Positions 62,987 to 64,000 of a stretch of 64,000 bases of DNA are shown here, one piece after another. Position numbers and translations under genes: made by a program. How positions within the stretch are numbered: position 1 is the stretch's first letter; each line of letters starts with the position of its first letter. The stretch comes from Myxococcota bacterium (GTDB lineage Bacteria; Myxococcota_A; Bradymonadia; UBA7976; UBA1532), in contig CAUJDF010000041.1 in NCBI GenBank assembly GCA_963169045.1, positions 2,872 to 66,871 on the forward strand. Direction: 5' to 3'. The notes under the pieces were generated by a model that was not told the DNA's origin, ran no database searches, and was given only the letters and a program-made list of their open reading frames with translations.

Positions 62987-63228
62987 GGCGCGGGTGGCTG
63001 TGTCTGGCGTTGGTGATCGGCGGGTGCCTCGAGGAGGCCGACGACCCGCGGCCGCCGCCGCGACCGGCGGACAAGGACGGCGGGACGTTCGATCCCGGGC
63101 CGAAGCCGCAGCCCGGCGGCGGCTACGGATCGGGGAGCGGGTACGGGAGCGGATCGGGGGCGCCGCCGGTGGCGCGGCCCGACGCGGGCGAGGACGCCGG
63201 CGCAGACGCCGGCGACGCGGGCGAGTAG
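62983..63228 (+). CDS. small Gly/Ser/Pro-rich lipoprotein
   Basis: MRRGWLCLALVIGGC lipobox; GYGSGSGYGSGSG; ATGA overlap with upstream gene. Confidence 0.35.
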   Translation: MRRGWLCLALVIGGCLEEADDPRPPPRPADKDGGTFDPGPKPQPGGGYGSGSGYGSGSGAPPVARPDAGEDAGADAGDAGE

Positions 63229-63281
63229 CCCGACGCGGCGGCGTTCCTGAGCCTCGAGACCGGGGTCGGGCCCGCGGGGCG

Positions 63282-63695
63282 TCAGTTCGCGGTGGGATTG
63301 CGGTGCACGAACGCGGGGATGCGCTCGAGCGGCACGCCGGTGGGGCACACGTTCGCGCACGCGTGGCACTCGGGCGGGCAAGACGCCGGCAGATCCGACG
63401 CCGCCGCGTCCGCCATCGCCAACGCGCGGCTGTAGGCCGGCCAGCGATCGAGCGGGAGCGGGCACACCGCCTCGCACAGGCCACAGTGGATGCAGCGGCT
63501 CGTCGCTTCCACGAGCGCCTCGTGCTCGAGCGTGAGCGGCGCGAGGCCCTCGGCGGCGTAGTTCTCGAGGAAGCGGGTGATGCCGCCGTCGTCGCCCCTG
63601 CCGCGCACGAGGCGGCGGACGCGCCGGCGGAGGAACGCGAGCGCCAGGTACACGAAGCTGCGGAAGCGCTTCCAGTTCCAGGGTCCGGAGAACAT
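63282..63695 (-). CDS. 2x[4Fe-4S] ferredoxin-like protein
   Basis: CIHCGLCEAVCP and CHACANVCP cluster motifs; start MFSGPWNWKRF overlapping upstream stop. Confidence 0.5.
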   Translation of the reverse strand: MFSGPWNWKRFRSFVYLALAFLRRRVRRLVRGRGDDGGITRFLENYAAEGLAPLTLEHEALVEATSRCIHCGLCEAVCPLPLDRWPAYSRALAMADAAASDLPASCPPECHACANVCPTGVPLERIPAFVHRNPTAN

Positions 63696-64000
63696 CAGGC
63701 GGGCCCTCCGGCGAGGTGTTCGGCGGCGAGGAAGCCCGACAGGAGCGCGACGCCGCTCGAACATCCTTCGGCGATGCGCTCGGGGCCGCCCATCACGTCG
63801 CCGACGGCGTACAGGCGCCCGTGCAGCGGCTCGCCGTCGCCGCCGATGGGGCGGCAGCGGCCGTCGACGGCGACCCCCGCGCGGAACAGGCGGCCGCCGT
63901 AAGGGCGCTGCGGGTGTACCGCGTCGAGCAGATCGACCGGCAGCGCGGGCGCGAGCTCGAGCGCCGCGAGCGGCTCGGAGAGCGTCTCGCTGCCGACCAG
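63695..64000 (-). CDS. FAD-dependent oxidoreductase, C-terminal fragment (runs off window)
   Basis: Hand translation ...GRLYAVGDVMGGPERIAEGCSSGVALLSGFLAAEHLAGGPA* typical of FAD/NAD(P)-binding oxidoreductase C-termini. Confidence 0.4.
   Translation of the reverse strand: MVGSETLSEPLAALELAPALPVDLLDAVHPQRPYGGRLFRAGVAVDGRCRPIGGDGEPLHGRLYAVGDVMGGPERIAEGCSSGVALLSGFLAAEHLAGGPA

Overview
Description: This is a GC-rich (~70%) bacterial chromosomal segment. A MYXO-CTERM sorting signal, myxobacterial Cys-rich repeats, and FHA and Ser/Thr-kinase-like genes point to a myxobacterium (Myxococcota).

Positions 45-28640 (minus strand) are one large, syntenic translation/transcription supercluster. It contains the spc and S10 ribosomal-protein operons (rpsK ... 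rpsJ), fusA-rpsG-rpsL, rpoC-rpoB, rplL-rplJ-rplA-rplK-nusG-secE, tRNA-Trp, tuf and a four-tRNA cluster (Thr-Tyr-Gly-Thr). Candidate sigma70 promoters and an intrinsic tuf terminator are visible in this part. The unusual points are that rplC (L3) is missing from its universal slot between rpsJ and rplD, and that map/infA are absent between adk and rpmJ.

After the core block:
- Housekeeping genes: rlmB, pyrF, proS, wecB.
- A signalling neighbourhood: MshEN-REC-TPR regulator, Zn-ribbon/2xFHA protein, PBP-like lipoprotein, membrane-anchored pseudokinase, then Lon protease.
- A lipoprotein with a perfect 21-nt x5 tandem repeat.
- A gpsA-like/plsB-like lipid gene pair and an ~800-aa MYXO-CTERM surface protein with prenyltransferase-like, TSP3 and Cys-rich repeats.
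- An orphan Dam-like MTase co-oriented with an HTH-XRE::shikimate-kinase fusion.
- A boxC-boxB (aerobic benzoyl-CoA epoxidase pathway) pair without boxA.
- A PilZ protein, an HExxH protein of unknown function, and several lipoproteins.
- A porin plus two GH13 alpha-glucan utilisation genes, and a ferredoxin/FAD-oxidoreductase pair at the window edge.

No CRISPR array, transposase or integrase was seen. Many long ORFs in the six-frame track are antisense or alternative-frame artefacts typical of high-GC DNA and were rejected.

Nothing I could firmly call a novel system stands out. The candidates most worth follow-up are the Dam/XRE-shikimate-kinase pair, the HExxH/Zn-ribbon pair, the FHA/pseudokinase/MshEN-REC neighbourhood and the MYXO-CTERM protein.
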